From Hydrurus foetidus (taxonomy: Eukaryota): DNA of 61,157 bases. Positions 29,861 to 42,958 of this stretch are shown piece by piece. Numbering within the stretch: position 1 is the first letter of the stretch; every line of letters starts with the position of its first letter. The notes below the pieces were generated by a model. It had not been told where the DNA came from, made no database searches, and worked only from the letters and a program-made list of their open reading frames with translations. Position numbers and translations under genes: made by a program. The stretch spans positions 62,001-123,157 of the forward strand of contig UYFQ01000294.1 in the NCBI GenBank assembly GCA_900617105.1, written 5' to 3'.

Positions 29861-31888
29861 ATGTCCTTCTGTTGCATTGTCAACTTCAAAAATAGCATAC
29901 TTTACTACCCTTGATTATTTACAAATATCATGGTCGTTTTATTAACATACAGGATTATATACGACTATTATTAAGTTTAAAAACACACAATCATAGTTTG
30001 ATTCATAGCCGTGCAATAGTTACAGTAATTAGATAGTAAAGTCACACAATTTATCTGTTGGTCTGGAATAATTGTTTACTTTACCAAGTCACTAATGTCG
30101 AGGATTAAGATATACTATTAATAGTTAAGATTCGAGCTATTGTAAGCTAAGTATAATTTCCGTTACAAAGAATGAGTCTTGTACAATTTAATCAGAATCG
30201 ACTAAAGGAATAATTTCATATTTGATCTAATTACTCGTTTTGCATTGACAAATATTTGCAGTTATCAATAGAGGAGACAACTATATTGTACAAACACGAT
30301 TTTGGACTTAATTGCATGCTTAAGGGAATATTTGCCAGGGATACAGCATAGCGCATTGGAAAAGAACTAATTCTCAGTGAATATTAGGTAAACGTATACA
30401 ATGTATTCATTTGATGCAAGTGATAAAACAGACATTTCCAATGAAACTATAGCAGTGTATGAAGAGATAAGAACATACTAGTCATTATTCCACTTGTATA
30501 AAACGTGTGAATACATTACAATAGTAATACTGTACATATCCGTACGGTAATAAAAACTGCATGCGTCCCGGGACGCATCCAACATTACACGGATGTCTTA
30601 CTCACTACTTACCACTATCCACGTACATACCAACAGTGAACTTCCTATCGGCTGCAACAATATCCATCCCGTCATGCAACGATCCTTATGCTCTAGGAAA
30701 AGAAGCATTTGCAATTGTGCAATGGAAGATCCGTGATAACCGACTGGACGTAGTTCACGGACAATGATTGCCTCGAGGGAGAACAACAGAGATACGTGCT
30801 CTGACCTTCCACGCTGGAGAATCATTACATGTGGATGAAATCTATAAGGAGTCACAAAGTCCATCAAGATTTTCAGCGACCATTGGATGCTTACAATCAA
30901 GAGTATAGGTTTAGAATAGAATGAGCAATTAAGATCCTAACTCAACTGAATTTGTGCTACGACTGATCCACTAATCAACTGTTTCTAATAACGCAGGAAA
31001 CTGTGACATCTCGAATTGGACAACGTTGCCAGAGAAATCTATGCATTCTTGATTACAAAAATGTAAGCCTGCGCTAAGTTTCCTCAAATAACTTTCGCCA
31101 CAACCGACTTGAATCCGACACTGACATATCCTGATGCCTTGTTCCAAAGCAGATCAAGAGTGTCAACATATATCAAGAGCTAGCTCACAAGGTACAGGGT
31201 ATAGAACTACTTCATTCGACACAATACGTGACATATGTTAATGACCAGAACTATCGAATCCTCAAACGATTAGGACACACGTAACACGAAGAGCCTCTGC
31301 TGCGCCGCTTGTAGGAAACCAAACTTGGTACACTGTAGACCAATATAATAGTTGAACACTCATGACTAATTTATTCTAACTAGACATTTACATGTTAAGT
31401 CTATTTCAGGGACAGTGCGGGCAGCACGATATCTAAGAAAAACGAGGCATCGTCAGTGCATACTCAGCAGGCGTCCTTTTATTTCCCTATTGAGAAACGT
31501 CTTTTGGAAATATTTGCGGTAGGCATGTTGAAGAGAGTCAAAGTAGTGTGTAGATATTTGGAAAGCAAGCATACAACCAGTTACGTCAATGTTACGGCAA
31601 AATATAGAGCGCGTGTTATTAGATTAGTATGACAAAATCGTGCATATGCGCGATATATTTTCGGAACAATCACTTGACAATTATTGAGGAACATTATTGA
31701 GGTGACGATTAAGAGATGGCATCCAAGAAAAAAATTGATGAACTTGAAAATAGAGAAAAACTACTAAATGACAATTAAAATTAGGCAATTAATTTATACA
31801 ATTATAATCGGTGATTACCACAATGACAAGAAATATATAAGAATACATTCATATTATATTGTTATTGATAAATGAGTATGACCGACTA

Positions 31889-34800
31889 TTAATGATCACC
31901 AAAAATAAGACGCAATCGTTTATACTCAGCATGTACTTTCTTCCTATCAGCACCAAAACATGTAAAATGTTCAGGACGAAGGGCGTGTACAAGAAATAGG
32001 CTGGATAATTCTCGCGCTCGACTATGGCATACATAGTCGATACCACGAGTGAATGGTGTTCGATCACGTAAGTTCGTAGCCAACGTTACACAATTACCAT
32101 TGACAGTGGAACCTTGCATTTTATGAGTGGTAGTAGCCGACGCAGCACGTAATGGTAACTGCCATCTATGAAAGTCATTTTTATACTTGATGTATTCGTC
32201 ACAAATTTCACCAAATGGAATCACGTTAGTCATGGTAGAACATATAGAGAAACCAATGTCATCATCCATCTTGACTAAAACAATTGGAATTTCTTTTGCA
32301 TTACCATGTGAATCTAATATATCGACACTGTATTCGTAACTACTACTACTTTCAAACACAAACCCAACAATTGTCCCTTTTGCTCCATTGAAGATACCTA
32401 TACATAATGATAAAAAACTTCGTTAAGTACTATTTTAGGATATTAAATAATAAACAGAAACATACCAATTTGAGTTCCCAAATTTCTTGTACAGCTGACT
32501 CTAGTACCAATAGCTAGATCAATAAAACGCGGAAGCCCTTTGGGATTAGAAATTTTGCACAGTTTTTCCACCATATCATTAGTAGGCGCTATTCCTGGTG
32601 TTTTCACAAGAGTGTGTCTTGCGTAAATACGAAAGCATCTCACACCTCTGGCCCTCTTTTCCTCAAAATCATCTTTATTGAGGCGATCCACATCATCATT
32701 AAAGTGTGCAATCCATACAGCATTAGGTCCGGCAAGACGTTTAGCTGCTTCCTCACTTGCCATCAGACGTTCATTAACGATATGTAATAAATTCATGTCA
32801 ATTTTACCAATGCGTGCTCCCCTAAGAAATTGATTCATGTGAGGAGTTGCATCATTTCTATACCTTGTATTTTCAGTCAACTCCACGTATTCATTCAGAC
32901 TGAGCCATATATCGCGTCCTTTTTCGCAATAAATGTTGTCTACACGGTCAGCATAGATGGGTTGTCCAAATACAGGTTTCAACTGGTAGAAATCTCCAGT
33001 AAATAGTACGTGAGTCCCACCAAAAGACATACATTCCATATTCGACCTCTCACGATCATCGGTGACAGTAGTACCCATAGACTTAGTATGTCTCAAACTT
33101 ATTTCATACAATGTTTCGAGATCAATCATAGATATTTCATCGATGATTACTAACTTAACACCACATAATTTCGCCCCAACAGCTTGAGCACAAGGAGGTG
33201 ACATTAACTCAGGACTCCTGACATTCGATAAATTGAATCCTTTCCCGTACACAGATTGCCACGTAAAGCCTCGTATAACATTAGCCGCCGAACCAGTAGG
33301 TGCTACGGCAACCGCAGCGCCATATATACCTTTCTGTTTCCCATGAAAAATATTTGTAAATTCCATAATTAATGAAATAAGAAACGATTTCCCCGTCCCA
33401 CCTTCACCAGACACGAACATTTTCATTGGGTTATTATTTTTACCACTAATATATCCGACAGCTATATTGTATGCTTCGAGTTGTTTATGAGTTAATAGCC
33501 CGACATTATCTAATAGTGACTGTAACCGAATATTATAGTTTTCGACGGGAATAATATTTCGGACCATATTAAAAACCGAATCTCCTTCAATATTCACAGT
33601 AATTCTATTCCGTATGGACATATTCTCCATAAATATTTTTTGTTGTGTATGTACATATTTCAATAAATAAGTTTTTGACACTGTACTAATGTCTGTAAGT
33701 ACACCATTATTATTCGTAAGTTGAGTATCTACAATATTGATACCAGTTTCATCACTATGCGCCATAGAATTATTCATTGTAGTAATTTCCTCAACGTCAG
33801 AATCATTTTCATCACATTGTCCTAAATTGGTACTACTGCAAATAGTACCCACATTTTTTCTAATCACATCAGAATGTTGAAATTTTTCAAGGGTACATTT
33901 GACGTACTCAGGAAATAAGTTTAGATCAAGAACAATAGCATAGTATTGTATAGATGACAAACCAACAGGTATTAGACACAACTCACCAGCCAATGGCCAA
34001 GGCAGGTGCATTAATATATTAGAATAACATGACACCTCATCACAATGATTAATAGGGACATATGGACAAAGGTTAACCACAGTATCTTTACGTAATCGTG
34101 TATAGACCGCTCCATCGACGATAAATTTATTTGTTCCACTACTATTGACAATAATTCCGTATTTGTCCAGCACTAATAGTGGAGCACCCTTCACATTCGA
34201 CTTGTTGTTAGTTCTGTCAATACTGATGGTATAAGATGTCAGTAATGAGTAGTATGTCACGTTACAAATGCCATTGTAGTTTATCCTTTGTTGACAAGCT
34301 AATATCTCATACGCACGTCTTCGCCCCAAATTAGAATTAGGTCCAGACTCTATAGCAGAGTCGGTATCCGCTAGTTTACGAATACATTCGGGACGAGTCT
34401 TTAAGCTCCGAATAACTGAATCACCTATAGTAAAGAACAAGTAACACAGAATATTAGGACTAACAAATATGTAGAAACATACAATAAATTAAAGAATCAC
34501 TACTTACGATGCAAAGAATTCACGTTTAGGACTATTCGCGATGAATGTACAAACTTAAGCCCAAGCAAACTGTAACAAGCCTGCACTGATCCGACAGGGC
34601 TACTACCTAAAAGTGCACACCCAACAGAATATAGTCGATCACGATCCGTAATACTTGTCGCATTATTAGTAAGATAAGCCATTTTCTTATTGAATATATT
34701 GGTCATAACCTTTTTATCGGGTTCTTCGAATTTAGAGGCATACGACGCAACATATTCGGCAGCACCAACGGTATTTGCAATATATTGCAAATCATGATTA

Positions 34801-37800
34801 CCCCCGTGAGCAATGGCAATCAAAGGGTTAAAACACGTCCCATTTAGATATGCATTATTCCTCTGGGGTAGAACAGAAACCCTCACACGACTCTTTTTAT
34901 CGCGATCTTTCACAATCATAGGACCGAATAAACACTCTTTAGAAGTCCATGGAAAACCAAACCGACAAACTCTGTCATGTCTTCGGCAGTACTTGAAACA
35001 TGTGAAACAACATCTGTGAAACTGATTGGCGATTTGCAAAGACCGATATTGAGATTGAACCCTCATATCACGGAACTCGCCATCACAAGACCGCTCATAG
35101 TTCCAAGATGAATCGAAATTAGCTCGACATGGATGGTCAGAATCGGCAAAGTGGTCTTTTTCAGGACACCATTCATAACCGGACTCATCTACTACAAGGT
35201 CACTAAATAACGTACGACATGTTGATACACCTGAAGGAACCCCTACAAAGTTCGCAGATACAACGCTCTGAACATACGCTTTAACTTTGTCTGTATCAGA
35301 TGCAACCTCACTATTAACACATGTATTATCAATTCCGTCGGAATTCGATATACAGATAAGACTATGGACATGAGGGGTACCACGAGCTTGAAACTGCATC
35401 ATAAGCAAAATGAAAATAAAATGAAGATGAACATGAAAATGAAAATAATGAAATAAAATGAAATGAAAATGAAATGAAATGAAAATGAAAATGAAATGAA
35501 ATGAAATGAAAATGAATGAAATGAAATGAAAATAAATGAAATGAAATGAAAATGAATGAAATGAAATGAAATGAATGAAAATAAAATGAAATGAAATGAA
35601 ATGGAAATGAAATGGAATGAAATGATAATGATGAAAAGAAATGAAATGAAATAAATGAAAATGGAATGAAATTAAATGGACGGAAATTAAATGAAAACAT
35701 GGACCCGAACAATCATTTTGCAATCGTATAGCCGAGCCATCGTAGCGGGATGATTCCTTAAAAGATTTAATCTATCAGCAGCCGCAAGATTACGAGTCTG
35801 ACATAGTTAAAAAAGTAAAGTTATAAACAGTACACGTAGTGCTTGAACAAAAAAACATACCTTTTCATCACGTATCGCCCATGAATCAATGGAACTATTA
35901 GTGATAGGACTCGCCACAACATCGTAAAATCGACTTTCATAAAGATCAGCTGGAGCAGTGGTGAAAAATAAACGCCAGGAACCATAATTGCAGATGATAG
36001 GAGAAGGTATCATAGCCATTAATTTCCCTCTTTCATACGCAATTTGTGAAGTAGAACCTTGCAATGATTTAGAATAAGGTATCAATCTTTTAATAAGCTT
36101 CTCCATCTCACTTACACGATTCGTACTCTCACAATTACTGGTTGGCTCAACGTTCAAGTTCTCATGTACAACATCATTACCATTACGAACATCACAACCG
36201 GTATTGGATACATCGAGATAGGACAACAACTCGTTTATATCTTTAATATTAGGTGTTGCATCTATGCATTGTTCATCATACTCTTTACGTTGAGCAAGGT
36301 AAGCAACCCCACCTATTTTTCTTCTCATTTCCATTGAATACATGCTGAAGATAAATTTAGCATTTTTCTGGAATCGCCGGGGATCCGGACCACCACCAAG
36401 GCAAAGCATATGTTTTATATAGTTTGCCATAGTAATAAAATGAGAATTCTCATCACTAGGGCAACCACGACCGTAGGGAAATATAGTGGGGAAGCATCTC
36501 GGTAAGTAGTACTCAGGATTTTTATATTGACACACGAATTCATGGACGGACGTCCGATGTACGGACTTGTTACTAGGTTCAACCAAAGCATTGCGTATAT
36601 CCTCCAATAGTGACACTAGAGTATTTGGGGCCTCCAAGAGCAACTCATGCTCACGTCCACTGGAAACTGAAAAAACAAAAACACAAACATCAATGATCAA
36701 GAAATTAAACACAAGCGAAAATAATAATCAATTAAAACTGTACCTGGATTAGCTGAAGATGTCTCGCCAGGAATCATAGGTTCATTTACACTTTCATCGA
36801 TTTCATGTTCTTCATCATCAGATATCTCAATAAAAGGTATATCGATACATTCAGAATTATTAGCCCAATCCATAATTTCTGACGACCACTTCAATACAAT
36901 ATCCTCGTAGAGATGGTTATTAAGTTTTAACCAGTTTAATGCACGATACACGCGATTAGGACGATAAGTATAATCTTTGCTTAATTTGGTACTATTATGT
37001 CGTAGCACAGCTGTACAATCTATAGACGGCATACGTGGGAGCTCTTTAGCGACACTAGTCAAGTCATTAATAATCGTATAACAAGTAGCACCACGCACTT
37101 TGAAGTGTTTGCCACCAGCTAGACTTATATTAGTAATGGCACTGTAAATATTGATCATGCTCTCTTCCACTGCTGTAAGATTCATAAGCTCATCAGGAAT
37201 TCTCCCACAAAATAATCCAAGAAATAGACTCATCTTTGGAAAAATATGGCCGCTACAATCAGAATCACCACTTTCCTCATCAGAAGAGTCCACTAGGTCA
37301 GAATCGACACAAAATTCCATACGCGAAGACACTTTAATCTTTGCTTTGTTCCGAAGTAATTGTCGGTAACATCCGCGACATATACTATCAATATCACGAA
37401 TAAGACCATCCTTAAAGCACGTATTAAGCTCCATATTGAAAATAGCATCAAACCGAGTTTTAACACGATCAGAACAGACGATATCATGGAACTTAGAAGC
37501 AATTCCAGACATTTCAAGCAGATCACCGACTTCCGTGACAGATACACAACCAACTCGACTACCCTCATAGCCACATATTGCACATACTATGTACTTCGTT
37601 AATAGATCATACGAATTGATATAAGCATTACCATCAGCTGCGCTATCAGACACACGTATATTTGTCGTAGAAGAAGGAGCGTAGCCACGTAAACGGGGAG
37701 ACCCAGAGTAATATTTAAAGGGCCGCGCAGACTCAAGAAGACGTCTGGTCGCATGTATAGCTCGGCGACGAAAAGATTCCTTAGGCTTAGCTGAAAGTGG

Positions 37801-38448
37801 TTCACACTGTGACGACTGCTGACAACTACGGCGAGTTTCGATGATAGACTGATAGCGAACTTTCCTTCTCTTTGCACCAAAAGATGTGTTAGCAAATGCA
37901 TCACCACCACTAAGATTGATTACATATTCGGGATCCAAGAGAGTCGACAGATATGATGGCTCAAAAACCGCATCGATAACACAATCGTAATGACTGTTGC
38001 CAGTGTATAGAAGACGAAAGTCATGGTCACAATTACGCCCAGCCAAAGTAGTAACGAACGTTGTCACCCATTTCATTCGACAACTACCATCAAAAGGTTT
38101 GAAAATATAGATGTCCACAGGAAACATATGGACGAAACAAGCGAGCTCAATAGCACCACCCCATGAAGTCAACTCAGACATAACCGAAATGTATCGTTCG
38201 ACAGTATAGTGCTCGAGTGCTATACACTCATCAACAGTATAAGCAGAACCAGGGCCGAGAACAAGAATCGTAGAACGATTGTTCATTAAGAAACAATTGA
38301 TCTCAGTCCGCAAGAAGAGTGGAGTATAAGCCAACGTGTCATACATCCGATTCAAGAAAAAACACAACGAATGATACAAACAACTGTGATCCCTAGGCTG
38401 ACGAACGACATTTCCACGAACCAGATCATGGACAGCAATGGGATCCAT
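31889..38448 (-). CDS. Helitron RepHel: N-terminal OTU protease, HUH Rep (Y2) and Pif1-family SF1 helicase, several introns
   Basis: OTU QPRDHSCLYHSL...WGGAIEL...LLYTGNSHYD. Helitron-N motifs CFPTIFPYGRG and DPRRFQ. HUH FQARGTPHVHSLI and Y2 EYVASYASK. Walker A GEGGTGKS, APTGSAA, IIDEISM, GDFYQLKPV, QLPLRAASATTTHKMQGST, YVCHSRAR. Confidence 0.93.
35400..35700. repeat. Degenerate (ATGAA)n/(ATGAAA)n microsatellite in a RepHel intron
   Basis: About 300 bp of AAATG/AAAATG units directly upstream, on the minus strand, of the CAG acceptor of the FQARG exon. Confidence 0.95.
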
Positions 38449-38860
38449 CACAATGACAATGACAGGAAGAGTTGTTCTCTGGAATGTTGAAAACACGTGT
38501 TGTCTTGTCTAGTGTGTACTGTACCGAAGCCGTCGAACTGAAATCAATCACGCCACAAAATGAAAAATGAATGTTGAGTTCGCAAGCAAGAAAAACCTGA
38601 AAAGGGCCCCAAAAAGCAGGAGAACACGTCCTCCGTGGCCAAAAAAAGCCAGTGGGTGACCTCGTAAATTAAAATCTCACCCAGATTCATCAGATCTGAG
38701 TTACATAAACCTTACGCAGATCATAAAATCTGGAAATCCTCGAGAAATCTAGACACCCCCCCCCCTGTCTAGATTTATCTGCGTTACGCAGACGACGACT
38801 TCGTGATATCTATCCTCGAAGACATCATTTTTGCGCTAATTCCACAGCAGAACAGCAGCT

Positions 38861-39967
38861 ATGATAGCGGGTGATGAAGAAAATGATGAGCTTCTCTTCA
38901 TCTGTGTAATTTTCGCAGCAGCAGTCTGGTATAACTCGTTGAGGCATAGGAGTAGATTGAGTCAAGATTAAGTCCTTGGATCAGGCTGCATCAGCACGGT
39001 GATGACAGGTCTTTCCTAGAGCTAACGGGCTTCAGTAGGGTTGCTTTCAATAACCTGAAAATCGCAATATTCGGCGTTAATGATAATCGAGTCGGACGGG
39101 TCGGTCGGCCGTCAAATTTAGATCGTAATGGTGAGCTTGGTCTATACCTATTTTTCGTGGGATCACAAATGAAAATCAAGTATCTCTGCCTGATATTCGG
39201 CATCGTTCCAACAACAGCGACGGTTACTATTTACAAAGTCATGAGGCGGATTTGCAGGATCTTAAAGACACATCCTGCCGCAAGGGTGATCTTTCCAGAT
39301 GACAACCAGATGCGAGAATTTGCTGAAATGATACAGATTAGAGAGCCAATGGTGAATAACGTCATTGGTTTCGTTGATGGGCTGAGTCTACCTGTGCAGT
39401 GCTCGGATGATATACTGCTGCAGAACGCCGCTTACAATGGATACAGTCACGACACGTACTGCACAAATGTGTTCGCCTTCTCTCCATATGGAAAGATAAT
39501 TTACAGTGCATACAATTATCCTGGGTCTTGGCATGACTCACTGTTGCCCAGGATTTGGTAAATCTCGTCATCTCAAAATAGGAATCTATGCGATGTGTGT
39601 TGATCAAGGATTTCCACGCAGTGGAGATCTCCACGGCAGATTTGTTGGACCCATGTCAAAGAAAATGAAAAGAAGGTTGTCACCTGAGCTAGCTGAATAC
39701 TTGCTTCCACTACATGAAAGATACATATCTTTACGCCAAGCATCGGAATGGGGTATGCGTGCATTACAGGGAACGTTCTCGAGATTGAAAAGTAGAATGA
39801 CCTCTAGGACAGGAATAAGAAAGAAGATTATTTTCAGCATCATTCTGTTACACAATTTTAGGACAGAATTCGTTGGATTAAATCAGATAGCTACCGTTTT
39901 TAATCCGCATTACGATCAGTACATTAACTTAGATACATACGACAGAATACAGAGGTATTTCGCATAG
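38861..39967 (+). pseudogene. Harbinger-type DDE transposase (DDE_Tnp_4-like), disrupted
   Basis: FLELTGFSRVAF, IGFVDG, YNGY, YPGSWHDS, DQGF, RQASEWGMRALQGTFSRL, LLHNFR. Frame breaks near 38965 and 39540. Confidence 0.85.
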
Positions 39968-40006
39968 TTAAACAAATTCAGAAAGTATTCAATATAATCC
40001 GACGTT

Positions 40007-41026
40007 TTAATAGTCTTCTTCCTCTTCTCTCTCGATTCGATCTGATCTCGATCCGTTGCTGCTGTTCGAAGTATACGATGCGGAGCTGCTGGGAACTGCA
40101 GAAGATGAAAAACCTTCCGATAGATCACGATGGCCGACAGAAGCGGATCTTTGTGAGGGAGCCATCATCATCATCATCATTGAAACTGCTGATTTTGCTG
40201 TACTCTTGCCTGTTTTGACTCGCTGCTGCATTTGCATTTGCAATAATATAATTCATCATATTCGGCTCATTCGCACTCTCTCAACCCGTACCCCTAGACT
40301 GGTTAGTGCTGCTCCGGCGCTGCCTCTTGGATTGTGACGAGAATTTTTAGATTTTCCAACTTCATCTGGCTCCGCAATGCCACGCCTCTTCTGTCCAGGT
40401 GCTGGTGACGGATTTCTCGGTGCAGCAAGCGGAGACGGCGCCCGCACTCCCCTTTCTTGTTGTACCAATGGGACGATCGGGACCGGTACAGCCAGTCGCG
40501 GGCTTTCTTGACGTGGTGGTGCAGAGAACGGATGACGCAATGGGCGTTGCTCGACATTATCTTCATCGTGATTGGTGTCCTCATATCGCACCGGCTCATC
40601 ATACTGTGAATCAATTGGGGCTGCATCAAATACTTCATTCGCATCGTCTTCCTCAAATTGCGTGGATTCGTCAATTTCTTCCTCTGAATCCGAAGATTCG
40701 CTTTCGCTCCCATCGCCACCGCAATTAATCGCTGACGATTTCGCAAGAATCCTGCGCCAAATGTCTTGGCATCTCGCCACAGTTGCTTTCGGGGCGGAAG
40801 AACCTGTCACTTTTTTCCCATTATTGCACATGTTTTTACTCGTGGTGAAGTGCCTCTTCAGATCGTGAGGATCCCTCTCTTCCACCTCACCGGAAGCCTC
40901 CTTGTACCTAGTCGAAACCATACGCCATTGGAGTGGTCCGTCAGGTAAAATTGCTTCGACTACGTTGATCAGAAGATCATTCTTGTAGTTTGGGACCCCA
41001 GCTGATCTGCCTTTGCTTCTCGGCAT
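40007..41026 (-). CDS. Harbinger accessory protein (Myb/SANT-like, DUF6818-like N-terminus), C-terminus frameshifted
   Basis: KGRSAGVPNYKNDLLINVVEAILPDGPLQWRMVSTRY...RDPHDLKRHF...KKVTG, then acidic and M/Q-rich tails. Lies inside the TIRs, convergent to the transposase. Confidence 0.65.
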
Positions 41027-41850
41027 TATCGCTGAAGCTCGTGATTATATGTGATCGTCGTCAGAGCTGGTCGAGTTTCGAGTTGTGAAGTTCGCAACAG
41101 GAGTACTTTCGCATCAGAATTTGATACAAAAATCGAGAAGATAGCTTGGATCTAGGATTGAATAAAAGTTCACGTTTCAAAGTTTATGCAGCCTAAACGT
41201 TCCGCAGATATCTAGGTTTCTGGGTGAGATTTTAATTTACGAGGTCACCCAGTGAAAAACAGGATTTGTTATATAAAGGTGGAACCACCATCCGGTTAAT
41301 CCCCCAATACGAAAAATGTCGACGTCCAGTATGTACCGGGAATAAAGGGTCGGGAATAAACGGTACCTTTGCTTTCAACTTGACATACTCGAGATGACCT
41401 ACCAACTTTCAACTCCACAACTCACAGCAATTTAACCAATTGTCGCTGCAGGTTCTACAGACCTAGCGAGACTAATTGATACTGCTAGAAAACCAATGCC
41501 GCCCTCAATTTTGCGGTAGCTTCAGCCGTTCTCTGGCTGTTGAGTGCTGGACACATCGCTTTTTTATTCCGAATGGTAACTTTTTTTGCAACCACATGAA
41601 ACCACTTGTAGTTCAGCAAATTGCAGCGTGCCAACCCATAATTCCGAGCAGGTAATGCTCATCTGGAAGGTAGCCCAACGTTGAGCGGAGAACGATTCTG
41701 TGGTCACAGAAAAAAGGTATCTATCTGCACAAGACATTCGCCATCATTTGCGAGCAATATGCAATCGATTCTCATGGTTGTCGTACTAAAATTGAAAGGA
41801 TTCTCGAACCACAGCTAAGGTCTACACAATATCAATTTTGAGACTTTTTT

Positions 41851-42751
41851 GTGCATCGAATTCGAAATAAAGTCCTGGCGTGCAAGATTTTCGAATTCCT
41901 TCATGATATTCGATTTGCTGTCTTTGCAGGTGGAGGAGAGAAAAGAAAGTTTGTCTTCGAGAAGCCTCCGTCACCCAGCACGGATAAAGCTACTAACATG
42001 GCAAATGCTTTACAATGGCGTTCTTGGGGTTGGAGTATGATAGATGCCTACACTAAGGCGGGAGTGAGCAAGAAATCTTTCAAAAGGTATCTTTCTTATT
42101 TGAAACTAAGGCACTATATGCTACAAAACGCATCGTTCTTTAAGCTGCATTCTTGTTTCTTAGGGCGCTTGCTGATGTTCAGAAAGGAGGCAATGGTCTT
42201 GACCTAAAGGGAGGTCGACGTCCTCTACTGTCGGAGAGTGGAGTTGCGTCACTGAATCAAGAGCTTTTTATAAGCGCAAAGAGCTGTAGAGCTGTACGGG
42301 AGCATGAGTTTGGTGCTGTTCTTCGCTTTGCAATTTCTGAAGATAACAACTATTCTTTCGTTGGTATTACACTAGATCCCAAAACCGTCAAAAAGTACCG
42401 GAAACAGGCAGCGGGGGTGGTGAAGCCAGCCGACGTGAAATCTGACAGCAGGTTCAAAGCCTTCGAAAACATTAGAAACCAGGTCTCTAGTGCGGCTACG
42501 ATGAAGTATGTCTTCCAGTCTGTACACTACAGCCTTTTCTTTTCCTGTGATGACGTCTCTATCTTGGTGAATAAGATGGATGATAAGAAGCCCAGGGTCG
42601 TCTTACCTAAGGAGGCGATAGAATTTCTCAATTCTCATCACCTATCTGTTTCAACTGATGGAGCACAGGAACAACAGCGAATGATAACATTCAATTTGTG
42701 TATTTGAGGGGGGTGCTAAGCTCCCTCGAAAGTTATCAAATTTGCTGACCG
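41851..42751 (+). pseudogene. pogo/Tigger-like DDE transposase, 5' part (interrupted by an LTR element)
   Basis: HTH-like SMIDAYTKAGVSKKSFKR, intron, GGRRPLLSESG, catalytic-like FFSCDDVSI, then QRMITFNLCI*GGC*APSKVIKFAD with two in-frame stops. Confidence 0.55.
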
Positions 42752-42958
42752 TGTGACCTTGGAGAGCAAAGAAGAAGGGAAATCTAAAGGCTAAAAGGAG
42801 CTTGTTAGTTAGGGTTGCAACAGAAGGTACGCTAGTAACTTCTGCAAAGCAGCACAAACTAGCTAGTGACTGATAGTCGTGGCTGTGAACACGAAGGTAC
42901 TAAGGTGGAAACAGCATCTAATCGGCTGAATGGGGTAGCAGACCCTGAGGGAGCCACA
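42752..42958 (-). repeat. 3' LTR of Gypsy-1
   Basis: TGTGACCTTGG...GAGCCACA, same sequence as 50967-51173, adjacent to the PPT. Confidence 0.96.

Larger units (their letters stand above)
38654..41250. mobile_element. PIF/Harbinger-superfamily (Pangu-like) DNA transposon
   Basis: Perfect 32-bp TIRs GGGTGACCTCGTAAATTAAAATCTCACCCAGA (38654-38685 / 41219-41250). 3-bp TSD AGT (38651-38653 / 41251-41253). Two convergent genes. Confidence 0.93.
23713..41311 (-). mobile_element. Helitron2/Helentron-type rolling-circle transposon with cargo genes (contains a nested PIF/Harbinger element); 3' end approximate
   Basis: RepHel gene on the minus strand. 5' terminal IR CGTATTGGGGGATTAA (minus strand, 41311-41296) preceded by a T-run. 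Matching subterminal IR CGTATGGGGGATTAA at 23741-23755 followed, on the element strand, by a short hairpin GGTAGC-N8-GCTGCC (23741-23722). Confidence 0.75.

Noticed and set aside
30561..31230. Possible fourth cargo gene
   Set aside because: Several in-frame stops and no recognisable motif; at most a remnant.
35362..35723. F/H/I/S-rich ORFs
   Set aside because: Translation of the (TTTCA)n microsatellite, not protein.
23713..38448. Fanzor/TnpB cargo in the Helitron
   Set aside because: I looked for a RuvC DPG/E/D plus Zn-finger pattern in the cargo ORFs and found none; a profile search would be needed to exclude a very decayed copy at 29.9-31.8 kb.
41327..41367. CAGT-starting left TIR of the pogo-like element
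   Set aside because: Not preceded by TA and no matching right end in the window, so it cannot be supported.
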